This document shows, one piece after another, positions 37,380-39,680 of a stretch of DNA of 39,680 bases (position 1 is its first letter; each line of letters opens with the position of its first letter). The notes below the pieces were generated by a model. The model was not told where the DNA came from. It ran no database searches and saw nothing but the letters and a program-made list of their open reading frames with translations. A program made the position numbers and the translations under genes. Origin of the DNA: Chiloscyllium plagiosum (Eukaryota); NCBI RefSeq assembly GCF_004010195.1, contig NC_057751.1:13499327-13539006 (forward strand), written 5' to 3'.

Positions 37380-37815
37380 ACCTACATAACAAGGACAGAT
37401 AGAACCAAATTCTGTGTCTGCCACCACGTGAATTAGAATGACTGAAACTGAAATAATAGCGCAGTGAGAGGTTTCCTATTTGTCTGAGCTATCTGCTAAT
37501 TCTCTGATCTATAACCAGGAAATATAAAAGTGCAAATTATACTGCAAAGCTGTTTGAGATGTAAATCTCACACTGATTCAATTCCAAAATGAAGCATGAT
37601 ATAGAAATCTTCGGTCTGGTCACATGGTTCAGCATGACTTTAGAAGTGCAACTGCGACAGCTAGTTCAGTCCAGAAAATGTAAAAATGGTTGACTTAAGA
37701 GATATTATTCTTCCTGGCATATTTTCTTTTACTTGCTTTTGAAATTCTTTCCTTGAAAATTTAATGATACCACCTTCCACTATCATAATGGTGCAAATCA
37801 TCACCATTTAGGTTA

Positions 37816-38010
37816 TGGAAAAGCACAGCAGGTCAGGCAGCATCCGAAGAGCAAGAAAATTGACGTTTCAGGCAAAAGCCCTTCATCAGGAATGAGGCTT
37901 TTGCCCAAAACATCGATTTTCCTCCTCCTTGGATGCTGCCTGACCGGCTGTGCTTTTCCAGCACCACACTAATCTTGACTCTAATCTCCAGAATCTGCAG
38001 TACCCACCTC
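37816..38010. mobile_element. Palindromic PLE-terminal derivative, family A
   Basis: Minus strand CTGATGA-A-GGGC-TTTT-GCCT-GAAACGTC; arms meet at about 37895; flanks caccatttaggttatgg (37802-37818) / caccatttaggtcatgg (38011-38027). Confidence 0.87.
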
Positions 38011-38276
38011 CACCATTTAGGTCATGGCTTTCATATCAACACAACAGCAATGTTGACTCACTGTTAATGTTATTGAGGGTTATTTTTAATCAATGATCTT
38101 GTTTCCAGGCAACAACAATGCCAATATGATGATATGATGTCAATATTTCATCAGTCATGCTGCTGAAGCCCAGCTAAAGGTTCTGGTACAGTAGACATAG
38201 TCATGAGTCGAATCTCATACAAAGCCAAACTGAACTCTACTGGAAATCAGCCTGTGGAAGAGAACAAACAAAAATA

Positions 38277-38574
38277 GACAGTACAGTGACTCAGTGGTTA
38301 GACTGCAGTCTCACAGCACCAGGGACCTGAGTTCAATTCCTGCCTTGGATGACAGTCTCTGTGGACTTTGCACATTCTCCCTATCACTGCATGAGTTTCC
38401 TCTGGGTGCTCTGGTTTTCTCCCACAATCCAAAACATGTGCAGGTCAAGTGAATTGGCCATGATAAAATGCAAAATCAGGGGTAAATAATGGGTCTGGGT
38501 GGGTTACTCTTCAGAGGGTCAATGTGGATTTGTTGGGCTGAAGGGCCTGTTTCCATACTGCAGGGAATCTAATC
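38277..38574 (+). mobile_element. Near full-length HE1-like V-SINE
   Basis: A box tgactcagtgg, B box gagttcaattcc, V-domain, CR1-derived tail ending gggaatctaatc. Confidence 0.88.
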
Positions 38575-39282
38575 ATGAGTAAACATTTATGTGACTTATT
38601 AAACTGGAATTGTCAAAGTTCCCATAACTACTTTATGTATTTGTGGGGAACAATCTCTGCACTACTTCCTCTCGCTTTCAGAGGGAGCAGTTGTTTCTGG
38701 ACCAGTTCCACAACATGCTAACCTAATTATAAGTGACCAAAAGTAGTGATATCAGACAATCAACCTTTTTGTTACCTAAGATCCACGCCTCTTGTGTAAA
38801 TACTCCACAGTGTGGTGTCCTCTATCATTGATCACTTGATAGATCCAAAACAAAGCAGAGCAAAAACAAAGCAGAATTGATATTAACAAAACACCTTGAA
38901 CAAACCTTACCAAGTACTACACACAGGTTGAAATATCATAAGGTACCAGGAATGGTCATCTGCAAAGTGATCTACCAGTAATCTGCTAAAAGTTGATGCA
39001 AAGAAAATAAAAATACTTAAAGTACTTCAGGCTTTTAGTCAGACAGCACCAGCACAATAGAAAAATTCAAGGCCTTTAAAATTAGGATTGTTGTTTCGTT
39101 CTGGTTCTCCAACCCATACCATCTCAACCCAAATAGAAATGCAGTATTCACCCTTGAAACTATTTCATCATATACACACAGAAAGGCCACTCCACAATGC
39201 TACATTCATTCACCATGGAGACAGACAACCAAAATAAACCAAATCGGCCTTTCTACCTCTGAATTAGCAACACGGTGAAATT

Positions 39283-39463
39283 TGTTTTGGTCCAGGCCAG
39301 ACCTCCTCAAACATTTCAAGAACGTAGCCCAGACCCTAACTTTGCTAGTTGTTTTAAGGAGGTGTAACGCAGATATTCCGGGAGTGGTGCAGCTGGAAAG
39401 ACCACTCAGTTTTAAACAAAACAGAATTTATTTACAAGATTACTGAATTAAACACAAACAAAA
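39283..39463 (-). repeat. Third copy (partial) of the Gmr1-like LTR
   Basis: Matches the first ~180 bp of 11953-12582 and 20556-21192. Confidence 0.88.
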
Positions 39464-39680
39464 TCCAGAGAAAGTATATTCCTATCAGGCTGAAAGGGAA
39501 GGCTGGTAGGTATAGGGAATGCTGGATGACTAAAGAAATTGAGGGTTTGGTTAAGAAAAAGAAGGAAGCATATGTCAGGTATAGACAGGATAGATCGAGT
39601 GAATCCTTTGAAGAGTATAAAGGCAGTAGGACTACCCGTAAGAGGGAAATCAGGAGGGCAAAACGGGGACATGAGATAGC
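39464..39680 (+). mobile_element. CR1 ORF2 fragment abutting or interrupting the LTR, running off the right edge
   Basis: WMTKEIEGLVKKKKEAY...REIRRAKRGHEI, same region as 36013-36246 on -. Confidence 0.9.

Noticed and set aside
233..39672. ORF-track entries as host genes
   Set aside because: Those with recognisable motifs are frameshifted TE domains or their antisense frames; the rest are short with no recognisable family.

Overview
Vertebrate nuclear DNA, most likely from a cartilaginous fish (inferred from HE1/V-SINE copies and their CR1 partners). Most of the window is decayed retroelement: several CR1 LINEs; a three-layer nest at 10.3-21.8 kb (a + strand Gypsy, interrupted by a two-LTR Gmr1-like Gypsy with PR-IN-RT-RH order, interrupted in turn by an L1 and a Penelope fragment); two Penelope-like elements (PLEs); and about eight short PLE-terminal derivatives, four of them palindromic. 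These PLE ends carry minimal hammerhead-ribozyme (HHR) motifs of three sequence families. Their truncation or inversion points consistently fall in or next to the ribozyme, and four copies have 14-21 bp target-site duplications. A TE-free island at about 5.9-10.3 kb holds a candidate - strand promoter and several short exon-like segments of a gene I cannot identify. No intact protein-coding gene, rRNA, tRNA or CRISPR array is supported; nearly all ORFs in the supplied track are TE remnants or their antisense shadows.
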